Shown here: piece after piece, positions 14,501-26,700 of the stretch | How positions within the stretch are numbered: position 1 is the stretch's first letter | Layout of the letters: every line of letters starts with the position of its first letter | Source: Eledone cirrhosa | Taxonomy: Eukaryota | Direction of reading: 5' to 3' | Assembly: GCA_964016885.1 (NCBI GenBank) | Contig: OZ024744.1 | Coordinates: forward strand, 4,278,001 to 4,342,000 | DNA: 64,000 bases | The notes under the pieces: model-generated | What the model was told of the DNA's origin: nothing | The model's database searches: none | What the model saw: only the letters and a program-made list of their open reading frames with translations | Position numbers and translations under genes: made by a program

Positions 14501-17500
14501 AAGAACGAAGTTTTGAGGGAAGACAAGGTAGAGAAAGATAGCTTGGTGAAGAACGACGTTTTGTGGGAAGACAAGGTAGAGAAAGATAGCTTGGTGAAGA
14601 ACGAAGTTTTGTGGGAAGACAAGGTAGAGAAAGATAGCTTGGTGAAGAACGAAGTTTTGGGGGAAGACAAGGTAGAGAAAGATAGCTTGGTGAAGAACTA
14701 AGTTTTGGGGGAAGACGAGGTAGAGAAAGATAGCCTGGTGAACAACGAAGTTTTGGGGGAAGACAAGGTAGAGAAAGATAGCTTGGTGAAGAACGAAGTT
14801 TTGGGGGAAGACAAGGTAGAGAAAGATAGCTTGGTGAAGAACGATGTTTTGGGGGAAGACAAGGTAGAGAAAGATAGCTTGGTGAAGAACGACGTTTTGA
14901 GGGAAGACAAGTTAGAGAAAGATAGCTTGGTGAAGAACGAAGTTTTGACGGAAGACAAGGTAGAGAAAGATAGCTTGGTGAAGAATGACGTTTTGTGGGA
15001 AGACAAGGTAGAGAAAGATAGCTTGGTGAAGAACGAAGTTTTATATGAAGACAAGCTAGAGAAAGATAGCTTGGTGAAGAACGAAGTTTTAGGGGAAGAC
15101 AAGGTAGAGAAAGATAGCTTGGTGAAGAACGAAGTTTTGGGGGAAGACAAGGTAGAGAAAGATAGCTTGGTGAAGAACAAAGTTTTGGGGGAAGACAAGG
15201 TAGAGAAAGATAGCTTGGTGAAGAACGAAGTTTTGAGGGAAGACGAGGTAGAGAAAGATAGCTTGGTGAAGAACGAAGTTTTGGGGGAAGACAAGGTAGA
15301 GAAAGATAGCTTGGTGAAGAACGAAGTTTTGGGGGAAGACAAGGTAGAGAAAGATAGCTTGGTGAAGAACGACGTTTTGAGGGAAGACAAGGTCGTGAAA
15401 GATAGCTTGGTGAAGAACGAAGTTTTGGGGAAGACAATGTAGAGAAAGATAGCTTGGTGAAGAACGAAGTTTTGGGGGAAGACAAGGTAGAGAATGATAG
15501 CTTGGTGAAGAACGAAGTTTTGTGGGAGAACAAGGTAGAGAAAGATAGCTTGGTGAAGAACGACGTTTTGAGGGAAGACAAGGTAGAGAAAGGTAGCTTG
15601 GTGAAGAACGAAGTTTTGACGGAAGACAAGGTAGAGAAAGATAGCTTGGTGAAGAATGACGTTTTGTGGGAAGACAATGTAGAGAAAGATAGCTTGGTGA
15701 AGAACGAAGTTTTGAGGAAAGACAAGGTAGAGAAAGATAGCTTGGTGAATAACGAAGTTTTGGGGGAAGACAAGGTCGAAAAAGATAGCTTGGTGAAGAA
15801 CGAAGTTTTGAGAGAAGACAAGGTAGAGAAAGATAGCTTGGTGAAGAACGAAGTTTTGGGGGAAGACAAGGTAGAGAAAGATAGCTTGGTGAAGAACGAA
15901 GTTTTGAGGGAAGACAAGTTAGAGAAAGATAGCTTGGTGAAGAACGACGTTTTGTGGGAAGACAAGGTAGAGAAAGATAGCTTGGTGAAGAAGGAAGATT
16001 TGACGGAAGACAAGGTAGAGAAAGATAGCTTGCGAAGAACGAAGTTTTGGGGGAAGACAAGGTCGAAAAAGATAGCTTGGTGAAGAACGAAGTTTTGAGA
16101 GAAGACAAGGTAGAGAAAGATAGCTTGGTGAAGAACGAAGTTTTGGGGGAAGACAAGGTAGAGAAAGATAGCTTGGTGAAGAACGAAGTTTTGTGGGAGG
16201 ACAAGGTAGAGAAAGATAGCTTGGTGAAGAACGACGTTTTGAGGGAAGACAAGGTAGAGAAAGATAGCTTGGTGAAGAACGAAGTTTTGACGGAAGACAA
16301 GGTAGAGAAAGATAGCTTGGTGAAGAATGACGTTTTGTGGGAAGACAAGGTAGAGAAAGATAGCTTGGTGAAGAACGAAGTTTTGAGGGAAGACAAGGTA
16401 GAGAAAGATAGCTTGGTGAATAACGAAGTTTTGGGGGAAGACAAGGTCGAAAAAGATAGCTTGGTGAAGAACGAAGTTTTGAGGGAAGACAAGGTAGAGA
16501 AAGATAGCTTGGTGAAGAACGAAGTTTTGGGGGAAGACAAGGTAGAGAAAGATAGCTTGGTGAAGAACGAAGTTTTGAGGGAAGACAAGGTAGAGAAAGA
16601 TAGCTTGGTGAAGAACGACGTTTTGTGGGAAGACAAGGTAGAGAAAGATAGCTTGGTGAAGAACGAAGTTTTGTGGGAAGACAAGGTAGAGAAAGATAGC
16701 TTGGTGAAGAACGAAGTTTTGGGGGAAGACAAGGTAGAGAAAGATAGCTTGGTGAAGAACTAAGTTTTGGGGGAAGACGAGGTAGAGAAAGATAGCCTGG
16801 TGAACAACGAAGTTTTGGGGGAAGACAAGGTAGAGAAAGATAGCTTGGTGAAGAACGAAGTTTTGGGGGAAGACAAGGTAGAGAAAGATAGCTTGGTGAA
16901 GAACGATGTTTTGGGGGAAGACAAGGTAGAGAAAGATAGCTTGGTGAAGAACGACGTTTTGAGGGAAGACAAGTTAGAGAAAGATAGCTTGGTGAAGAAC
17001 GAAGTTTTGACGGAAGACAAGGTAGAGAAAGATAGCTTGGTGAAGAATGACGTTTTGTGGGAAGACAAGGTAGAGAAAGATAGCTTGGTGAAGAACGAAG
17101 TTTTATATGAAGACAAGCTAGATAAAGATAGCTTGGTGAAGAACGAAGTTTTAGGGGAAGACAAGGTAGAGAAAGATAGCTTGGTGAAGAACGAAGTTTT
17201 GGGGGAAGACAAGGTAGAGAAAGATAGCTTGGTGAAGAACAAAGTTTTGGGGGAAGACAAGGTAGAGAAAGATAGCTTGGTGAAGAACGAAGTTTTGAGG
17301 GAAGACGAGGTAGAGAAAGATAGCTTGGTGAAGAACGAAGTTTTGGGGGAAGACAAGGTAGAGAAAGATAGCTTGGTGAAGAACGAAGTTTTGGGGGAAG
17401 ACAAGGTAGAGAAAGATAGCTTGGTGAAGAACGACGTTTTGAGGGAAGACAAGGTCGTGAAAGATAGCTTGGTGAAGAACGAAGTTTTGGGGAAGACAAT

Positions 17501-20500
17501 GTAGAGAAAGATAGCTTGGTGAAGAACGAAGTTTTGGGGGAAGACAAGGTAGAGAATGATAGCTTGGTGAAGAACGAAGTTCTGAGGGAAGACAAGGTAG
17601 AGAAAGATAGCTTGGTGAAGAACGAAGTTTTGGGAGAAGACAAGGTAGAGAAAGATATCTTGGTGAAGAACGAAGTTTTGACGGAAGACAAGGTAGAGAA
17701 AGATAGCTTGGTGAAGAATGACGTTTTGTGGGAAGACAAGGTAGAGAAAGATAGCTTGGTGAAGAACGAAGTTTTGTGTGAAGACAAGCTAGAGAAAGAT
17801 AGCTTGGTGAAGAACGAAGTTTTGAGGGAAGACAAGGTAGAGAAAGATAGCTTGGTGAATAACGAAGTTTTGGGAGAAGACAAGGTAGAGAAAGATAGCT
17901 TGGTGAAGAACGAAGTTTTGGGGGAAGACAAGGTAGAGAAAGATAGCTTGGTGAAGAACGAAGTTTTGAGGGAAGACAAGGTAGCGAAAGATAGCTTGGT
18001 GAATAACGAAGTTTTGGGCGAAGACAAGGTAGAGAAAGATAGCTTGGTGAATAACGAAGTTTTGGGAGAAGACAAGGTCGAGAAAGATAGCTTGGTGAAG
18101 AACGAAATTTTGAGGGAAGACAAGGTAGAGAATGATAGCTTGGTGAAGAACGACGTTTTGAGGGAAGACAAAATAGAGAAAGATAGCTTGGTGAAGAACG
18201 ACGTTTTGAGAGAAGACAAGGTAGAGAAAGATAGCTTGGTGAAGAACGAAGTTTTGGGGGAAGACAAGGTAGAGAAAGATAGCTTGGTGAAGAAGGAAGT
18301 TTTGACGGAAGACAAGGTAGAGAAAGATAGCTTGCGAAGAACGAAGTTTTGGGGGAAGACAAGGTAGAGAAAGATAGCTTGGTGAAGAAGGAAGATTTGA
18401 CGGAAGACAAGGTAGAGAAAGATAGCTTGCGAAGAACGAAGTTTTGGGGGAAGACAAGGTCGAAAAAGATAGCTTGGTGAAGAACGAAGTTTTGAGAGAA
18501 GACAAGGTAGAGAAAGATAGCTTGGTGAAGAACGAAGTTTTGGGGGAAGACAAGGTAGAGAAAGATAGCTTGGTGAAGAACGAAGTTTTGTGGGAGGACA
18601 AGGTAGAGAAAGATAGCTTGGTGAAGAACGACGTTTTGAGGGAAGACAAGGTAGAGAAAGATAGCTTGGTGAAGAACGAAGTTTTGACGGAAGACAAGGT
18701 AGAGAAAGATAGCTTGGTGAAGAATGACGTTTTGTGGGAAGACAAGGTAGAGAAAGATAGCTTGGTGAAGAACGAAGTTTTGAGGGAAGACAAGGTAGAG
18801 AAAGATAGCTTGGTGAATAACGAAGTTTTGGGGGAAGACAAGGTCGAAAAAGATAGCTTGGTGAAGAACGAAGTTTTGAGGGAAGACAAGGTAGAGAAAG
18901 ATAGCTTGGTGAAGAACGAAGTTTTGGGGGAAGACAAGGTAGAGAAAGATAGCTTGGTGAAGAACGAAGTTTTGAGGGAAGACAAGGTAGAGAAAGATAG
19001 CTTGGTGAAGAACGACGTTTTGTGGGAAGACAAGGTAGAGAAAGATAGCTTGGTGAAGAACGAAGTTTTGTGGGAAGACAAGGTAGAGAAAGATAGCTTG
19101 GTGAAGAACGAAGTTTTGGGGGAAGACAAGGTAGAGAAAGATAGCTTGGTGAAGAACTAAGTTTTGGGGGAAGACGAGGTAGAGAAAGATAGCCTGGTGA
19201 ACAACGAAGTTTTGGGGGAAGACAAGGTAGAGAAAGATAGCTTGGTGAAGAACGAAGTTTTGGGGGAAGACAAGGTAGAGAAAGATAGCTTGGTGAAGAA
19301 CGATGTTTTGGGGGAAGACAAGGTAGAGAAAGATAGCTTGGTGAAGAACGACGTTTTGAGGGAAGACAAGTTAGAGAAAGATAGCTTGGTGAAGAACGAA
19401 GTTTTGACGGAAGACAAGGTAGAGAAAGATAGCTTGGTGAAGAATGACGTTTTGTGGGAAGACAAGGTAGAGAAAGATAGCTTGGTGAAGAACGAAGTTT
19501 TATATGAAGACAAGCTAGAGAAAGATAGCTTGGTGAAGAACGAAGTTTTAGGGGAAGACAAGGTAGAGAAAGATAGCTTGGTGAAGAACGAAGTTTTGGG
19601 GGAAGACAAGGTAGAGAAAGATAGCTTGGTGAAGAACAAAGTTTTGGGGGAAGACAAGGTAGAGAAAGATAGCTTGGTGAAGAACGAAGTTTTGAGGGAA
19701 GACGAGGTAGAGAAAGATAGCTTGGTGAAGAACGAAGTTTTGGGGGAAGACAAGGTAGAGAAAGATAGCTTGGTGAAGAACGAAGTTTTGGGGGAAGACA
19801 AGGTAGAGAAAGATAGCTTGGTGAAGAACGACGTTTTGAGGGAAGACAAGGTCGTGAAAGATAGCTTGGTGAAGAACGAAGTTTTGGGGAAGACAATGTA
19901 GAGAAAGATAGCTTGGTGAAGAACGAAGTTTTGGGGGAAGACAAGGTAGAGAATGATAGCTTGGTGAAGAACGAAGTTCTGAGGGAAGACAAGGTAGAGA
20001 AAGATAGCTTGGTGAAGAACGAAGTTTTGGGAGAAGACAAGGTAGAGAAAGATATCTTGGTGAAGAACGAAGTTTTGACGGAAGACAAGGTAGAGAAAGA
20101 TAGCTTGGTGAAGAATGACGTTTTGTGGGAAGACAAGGTAGAGAAAGATAGCTTGGTGAAGAACGAAGTTTTGTGTGAAGACAAGCTAGAGAAAGATAGC
20201 TTGGTGAAGAACGAAGTTTTGAGGGAAGACAAGGTAGAGAAAGATAGCTTGGTGAATAACGAAGTTTTGGGAGAAGACAAGGTAGAGAAAGATAGCTTGG
20301 TGAAGAACGAAGTTTTGGGGGAAGACAAGGTAGAGAAAGATAGCTTGGTGAAGAACGAAGTTTTGAGGGAAGACAAGGTAGCGAAAGATAGCTTGGTGAA
20401 TAACGAAGTTTTGGGCGAAGACAAGGTAGAGAAAGATAGCTTGGTGAATAACGAAGTTTTGGGAGAAGACAAGGTCGAGAAAGATAGCTTGGTGAAGAAC

Positions 20501-20770
20501 GAAATTTTGAGGGAAGACAAGGTAGAGAATGATAGCTTGGTGAAGAACGACGTTTTGAGGGAAGACAAAATAGAGAAAGATAGCTTGGTGAAGAACGACG
20601 TTTTGAGAGAAGACAAGGTAGAGAAAGATAGCTTGGTGAAGAACGAAGTTTTGGGGGAAGACAAGGTAGAGAAAGATAGCTTGGTGAAGAAGGAAGTTTT
20701 GACGGAAGACAAGGTAGAGAAAGATAGCTTGCGAAGAACGAAGTTTTGGGGGAAGACAAGGTAGAGAAAG
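13920..20770. repeat. Tandem triplication, periods 2,062 and 2,397 bp
   Basis: Private variants AAC-TAA (TAA at 14699, 16761, 19158) and TTA-TAT (TAT at 15044, 17106, 19503). ORF sets 13985/16047/18444 and 14705/16767/19164. Confidence 0.85.
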
Positions 20771-23700
20771 ATAGCTTGGTGAAGAACGAAGTTTTGTGGG
20801 AGGACAAGGTAGAGAAAGATAGCTTGGTGAAGAACGACGTTTTGAGGGAAGACAAGGTAGAGAAAGATAGCTTGGTGAAGAACGAAGTTTTGACGGAAGA
20901 CAAGGTAGAGAAAGATAGCTTGGTGAAGAATGACGTTTTGTGGGAAGACAAGGTAGAGAAAGATAGCTTGGTGAAGAACGAAGTTTTGAGCGAAGACAAG
21001 GTAGAGAAAGATAGCTTGGTGAATAACGAAGTTTTGGGGGAAGACAAGGTCGAACAAGATAGCTTGGTGAAGAACGAAGTTTTGAGGGAAGACAAGGTAG
21101 AGAAAGATAGCTTGGTGAAGAACGAAGTTTTGGGGGAAGACAAGGTAGAGAAAGATAGCTTGGTGAAGAACGAAGTTTTGAGGGAAGACAAGGTAGAGAA
21201 AGATAGCTTGGTGAAGAACGACGTTTTGTGGGAAGACAAGGTAGAGAAAGATAGCTTGGTGAAGAACGAAGTTTGGTGGGAAGACAAGGTAGAGAAAGAT
21301 AGCTTGGTGAAGAACGAAGTTTTGGGGGAAGACAAGGTAGAGAAAGATAGCTTGGTGAAGAACGAAGTTTTGGGGGAAGACGAGGTAGAGAAAGATAGCC
21401 TGGTGAACAACGAAGTTTTGGGGGAAGACAAGGTAGAGAAAGATAGCTTGGTGAAGAACGAAGTTTTGGGGGAAGACAAGGTAGAGAAAGATAGCTTGGT
21501 GAAGAACGATGTTTTGGGGGAAGACAAGGTAGAGAAAGATAGCTTGGTGAAGAACGACGTTTTGAGGGAAGACAAGTTAGAGAAAGATAGCTTGGTGAAG
21601 AACGAAGTTTTGACGGAAGACAAGGTAGAGAAAGATAGCTTGGTGAAGAATGACGTTTTGTGGGAAGACAAGGTAGAGAAAGATAGCTTGGTGAAGAACG
21701 AAGTTTTGTATGAAGACAAGCTAGAGAAAGATAGCTTGGTGAAGAACGAAGTTTTAGGGGAAGACAAGGTAGAGAAAGATAGCTTGGTGAAGAACGAAGT
21801 TTTGGGGGAAGACAAGGTAGAGAAAGATAGCTTGGTGAAGAACAAAGTTTTGGGGGAAGACAAGGTAGAGAAAGATAGCTTGGTGAAGAAAGAAGTTTTG
21901 AGGAAAGACGAGGTAGAGAAAGATAGCTTGGTGAAGAACGAAGTTTTGGGGGAAGACAAGGTAGAGAAAGATAGCTTGGTGAAGAACGAAGTTTTGGGGG
22001 AAGACAAGGTAGAGAAAGATAGCTTGGTGAAGAACGACGTTTTGAGGGAAGACAAGGTCGTGAAAGATAGCTTGGTGAAGAACGAAGTTTTGGGGAAGAC
22101 AATGTAGAGAAAGATAGCTTGGTGAAGAACGAAGTTTTGGGGGAAGACAAGGTAGAGAAAGATAGCTTGGTGAAGAACGAAGTTCTGAGGGAAGACAAGG
22201 TAGAGAAAGATAGCTTGGTGAAGAACGAAGTTTTGGGAGAAGACAAGGTAGAGAAAGATATCTTGGTGAAGAACGAAGTTTTGACGGAAGACAAGGTAGA
22301 GAAAGATAGCTTGGTGAAGAATGACGTTTTGTGGGAAGACAAGGTAGAGAAAGATAGCTTGGTGAAGAACGAAGTTTTGTGTGAAGACAAGCTAGAGAAA
22401 GATAGCTTGGTGAAGAACGAAGTTTTGAGGGAAGACAAGGTAGAGAAAGATAGCTTGGTGAATAACGAAGTTTTGGGAGAAGACAAGGTAGAGAAAGATA
22501 GCTTGGTGAAGAACGAAGTTTTGGGGGAAGACAAGGTAGAGAAAGATAGCTTGGTGAAGAACGAAGTTTTGAGGGAAGACAAGGTAGCCAAAGATAGCTT
22601 GGTGAATAACGAAGTTTTGGGCGAAGACAAGGTAGAGAAAGATAGCTTGGTGAATAACGAAGTTTTGGGAGAAGACAAGGTCGAGAAAGATAGCTTGGTG
22701 AAGAACGAACTTTTGAGGGAAGACAAGGTAGAGAATGATAGCTTGGTGAAGAACGACGTTTTGAGGGAAGACAAAATAGAGAAAGATAGCTTGGTGAAGA
22801 ACGACGTTTTGTGGGATGACAAGGTAGAGAAAGATGACTTGGTGAAGAACGAAGTTTTGGGGGAAGACAAGGTAGATAAAGATAGCTTGGTGAAGAACGA
22901 AGTTTTGGGGGAAGACAAGGTAGAGAAAGATAGCTTGGTGAAGAACGACGTTTTGAGGGAAGACAAGGTAGAGAAAGATAGCTTGGTGAAGAACGAAGTT
23001 TTGTGTGAAGACAAGCTAGAGAAAGATAGCTTGGTGAAGAACGAAGTTTTGAGGGAAGACAAGGTAGAGAAAGATAGCTTGGTGAATAACGAAGTTTTGG
23101 GAGAAGACAAGGTAGAGAAAGATAGCTTGGTGAAGAACGAAGTTTTGGGGGAAGACAAGGTAGAGAAAGATAGCTTGGTGAAGAACGAAGTTTTGAGGGA
23201 AGACAAGGTAGCGAAAGATAGCTTGGTGAATAACGAAGTTTTGGGCGAAGACAAGGTCGAGAAAGATAGCTTGGTGAAGAACGAAATTTTGAGGGAAGAC
23301 AAGGTAGAGAATGATAGCTTGGTGAAGAACGACGTTTTGAGGGAAGACAAAATAGAGAAAGATAGCTTGGTGAAGAACGACGTTTTGTGGGATGACTAGG
23401 TAGAGAAAGATGACTTGGTGAAGAACGAAGTTTTGGGGGAAGACAAGGTAGATAAAGATAGCTTGGTGAAGAACGAAGTTTTGGGGGAAGACAAGGTAGA
23501 GAAAGATAGCTTGGTGAAGAACGACGTTTTGAGGGAAGACAAGGTAGAGAAAGATAGCTTGGTGTAGAACGAAGTTTTGGGGAAGACAATGTAGAGAAAG
23601 ATAGCTTGGTGAAGAACGAAGTTTTGGGGGAAGACAAGGTAGAGAAAGATAGCTTGGTGAAGAACGAAGTTCTGAGGGAAGACAAGGTAGAGAAAGATAG

Positions 23701-26700
23701 CTTGGTGAAGAACGACGTTTTGTGGGAAGACAAGGTAGAGAAAGATATCTTGGTGAAGAACGAAGTTTTGACGGAAGACAAGGTAGAGAAAGATAGCTTG
23801 CGAAGAACGAAGTTTTGGGGGAAGACAAGGTAGAGAAAGATAGCTTGGTGAAGAACGAAGTTTTGTGGGAGGACAAGGTAGAGAAAGATAGCTTGGTGAA
23901 GAACGACGTTTTGAGGGAAGACAAGGTAGAGAAAGGTAGCTTGGTGAAGAACGAAGTTTTGACGGAAGACAAGGTAGAGAAAGATAGCTTGGTGAAGAAT
24001 GACGTTTTGTGGGAAGACAATGTAGAGAAAGATAGCTTGGTGAAGAACGAAGTTTTGAGGAAAGACAAGGTAGAGAAAGATAGCTTGGTGAATAACGAAG
24101 TTTTGGGGGAAGACAAGGTCGAAAAAGATAGCTTGGTGAAGAACGAAGTTTTGAGAGAAGACAAGGTAGAGAAAGATAGCTTGGTGAAGAACGAAGTTTT
24201 GGGGGAAGTCAAGGCAGAGAAAGATAGCTTGGTGAAGAACGAAGTTTTGAGGGAAGACAAGTTAGAGAAAGATAGCTTGGTGAAGAACGACGTTTTGTGG
24301 GAAGACAAGGTAGAGAAAGATAGCTTGGTGAAGAACGAAGTTTTGTGGGAAGACAAGGTAGAGAAAGATAGCTTGGTGAAGAACGAAGTTTTGGGGGAAG
24401 ACAAGGTAGAGAAAGATAGCTTGGTGAAGAACGAAGTTTTGCGGGAAGACGAGGTAGAGAAAGATAGCTTGGTGAACAACGAAGTTTTGGTGGAAGACAA
24501 GGTAGAGAAAGATAGCTTGGTGAAGAACGAAGTTTTGGGGAAGACAATGTAGAGAAAGATAGCTTGGTGAAGAACGAAGTTTTGGGGGAAGACAAGTTAG
24601 AGAAAGATAGCTTGGTGAAGAACGAAGGTTTGAGGGAAGACAAGGTAGAGAAAGATAGCTTGGTGAATAACGAAGTTTTGGGAGAAGACAAGGTAGAGAA
24701 AGATAGCTTGGTGAAGAACGACTTTTTGAGGGAAGACAAGGTAGAGAAAGATAGCTTGGTGAAGAACGAAGTTTTGGGGAAGACAATGTAGAGAAAGATA
24801 GCTTGGTGAAGAACGAAGTTTTGGGGGAAGACAAGGTAGAGAAAGATAGCTTGTTGAAGAACGAAGTTCTGAGGGAAGACAAGGTAGAGAAAGATAGCTT
24901 GGTGAAGAACGAAGTTTTGGGAGAAGACAAGGTAGAGAAAGATATCTTGGTGAAGAACGAAGTTTTGACGGAAGACAAGGTAGAGAAAGATAGCTTGGTG
25001 AAGAACGACGTTTTGTGGGAAGACAAGGTAGAGAAAGATAGCTTGGTGAAGAACGAAGTTTTGTGGAAGACAAGGTAGAGAAAGATAGCTTGGTGAAGAA
25101 CGAAGTTTTGGGGGAAGACAAGGTAGAGAAAGATAGCTTGGTGAAGAACGAAGTTTTGGGGGAACACGAGGTAGAGAAAGATAGCTTGGTGAACAACGAA
25201 GTTTTGGGGGAAGACAAGGTAGAGAAAGATAGCTTGGTGAATAACAAAGTTTTGGGAGAAGACAAGGTAGAGACAGATAGCTTGGTGAAGAACGATGTTT
25301 TGAGGGAAGACAAGGTAGAGAAAGATAGTTTGGTGAAGAACGAAGTTTTGGGGGAAAAAAAGGTAGAGAAAGATAGCTTGGTGAAGAACGACGTTTTGTG
25401 GGAAGACAAGGTAGAGAAAGATAGCTTGGTGAAGAACGAAGTTTTGGGGGAAGACAAGGTAGAGAAAGATAGCTTGGTGAAGAACGAAGTTTTGAGGGAA
25501 TGCAAAGTAGAGAAAGATAGCTTGATCAAGAACGAAGTTTTGAGGGAAGACAAGGTAGAGAAAGATAGCTTGATGAAGAACGGAGTTTTGAGGGAAGACA
25601 AGATGGAGAAAGATAGCTTGTTGAAGAACGAAGTTTTGAGGGAAGACAAGGTAGAGAAAGATAGTTTGGTGAAGAACGGAGTTTTGGGGGAAAAAAAGGT
25701 AGAGAAAGATAGCTTGGTGAAGAACGAAGTTTTGAGGGAAGACAAGGTAGAGAAAGATAGCTTGGTGAATAACGAAGTTTTGGGGGAAGACAAGGTAGAG
25801 AAAGATAGCTTGGTGAATAACGAAGTTTTGGGAGAAGACAAGGTCGAGAAAGATAGCTTGGTGAAGAACGAAATTTTGAGGGAAGACAAGGTAGAGAAAG
25901 ATAGCTTGGTGAAGAACGACGTTTTGAGGGAAGACAAAATAGAGAAAGATAGCTTGGTGAAGAACGACGTTTTGTGGGATGACAAGGTAGAGAAAGATGA
26001 CTTGGTGAAGAACGAAGTTTTGGGGGAAGACAAGGTAGATAAAGATAGCTTGGTGAAGAACGAAGTTTTGGGGGAAGACAAGGTAGAGAAAGATAGCTTG
26101 GTGAAGAACGACGTTTTGAGGGAAGACAAGGTAGAGAAAGATAGCTTGGTGAAGAACGAAGTTTTGAGGGAAGACAAGGTAGCGAAAGATAGCTTGGTGA
26201 ATAACGAAGTTTTGGGGGAAGACAAGGTAGAGAAAGATAGCTTGGTGAATAACGAAGTTTTGGGGGAAGACAAGGTAGAGAAAGATAGCTTGGTGATGAA
26301 CGAAGTTCTGAGGGAAGACAAGGTAGAGAAAGATAGCTTGGTGAAGAACGACGTTTTGTGGGAAGACAAGGTAGAGAAAGATATCTTGGTGAAGAAGGAA
26401 GTTTTGACGGAAGACAAGGTAGAGAAAGATAGCTTGCGAAGAACGAAGTTTTGGGGGAAGACAAGGTAGAGAAAGATAGCTTGGTGAAGAACGAAGTTTT
26501 GTGGGAGGACAAGGTAGAGAAAGATAGCTTGGTGAAGAACGACGTTTTGAGGGAAGACAAGGTAGAGAAAGATAGCTTGGTGAAGAACGAAGTTTTGACG
26601 GAAGACAAGGTAGAGAAAGATAGCTTGGTGAAGAATGACGTTTTGTGGGAAGACAAGGTAGAGAAAGATAGCTTGGTGAAGAACGAAGTTTTGAGGGAAG

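Noticed and set aside
6757-14670. Giant - strand ORFs (2637 aa here; also 2539 aa at 24262..31881 and 2254 aa at 45088..51852)
   Set aside because: The consensus has no TTA, CTA or TCA, so all three - frames are open by default. The ORFs drift through three unrelated repeat peptides at each indel and overlap one another in all frames.
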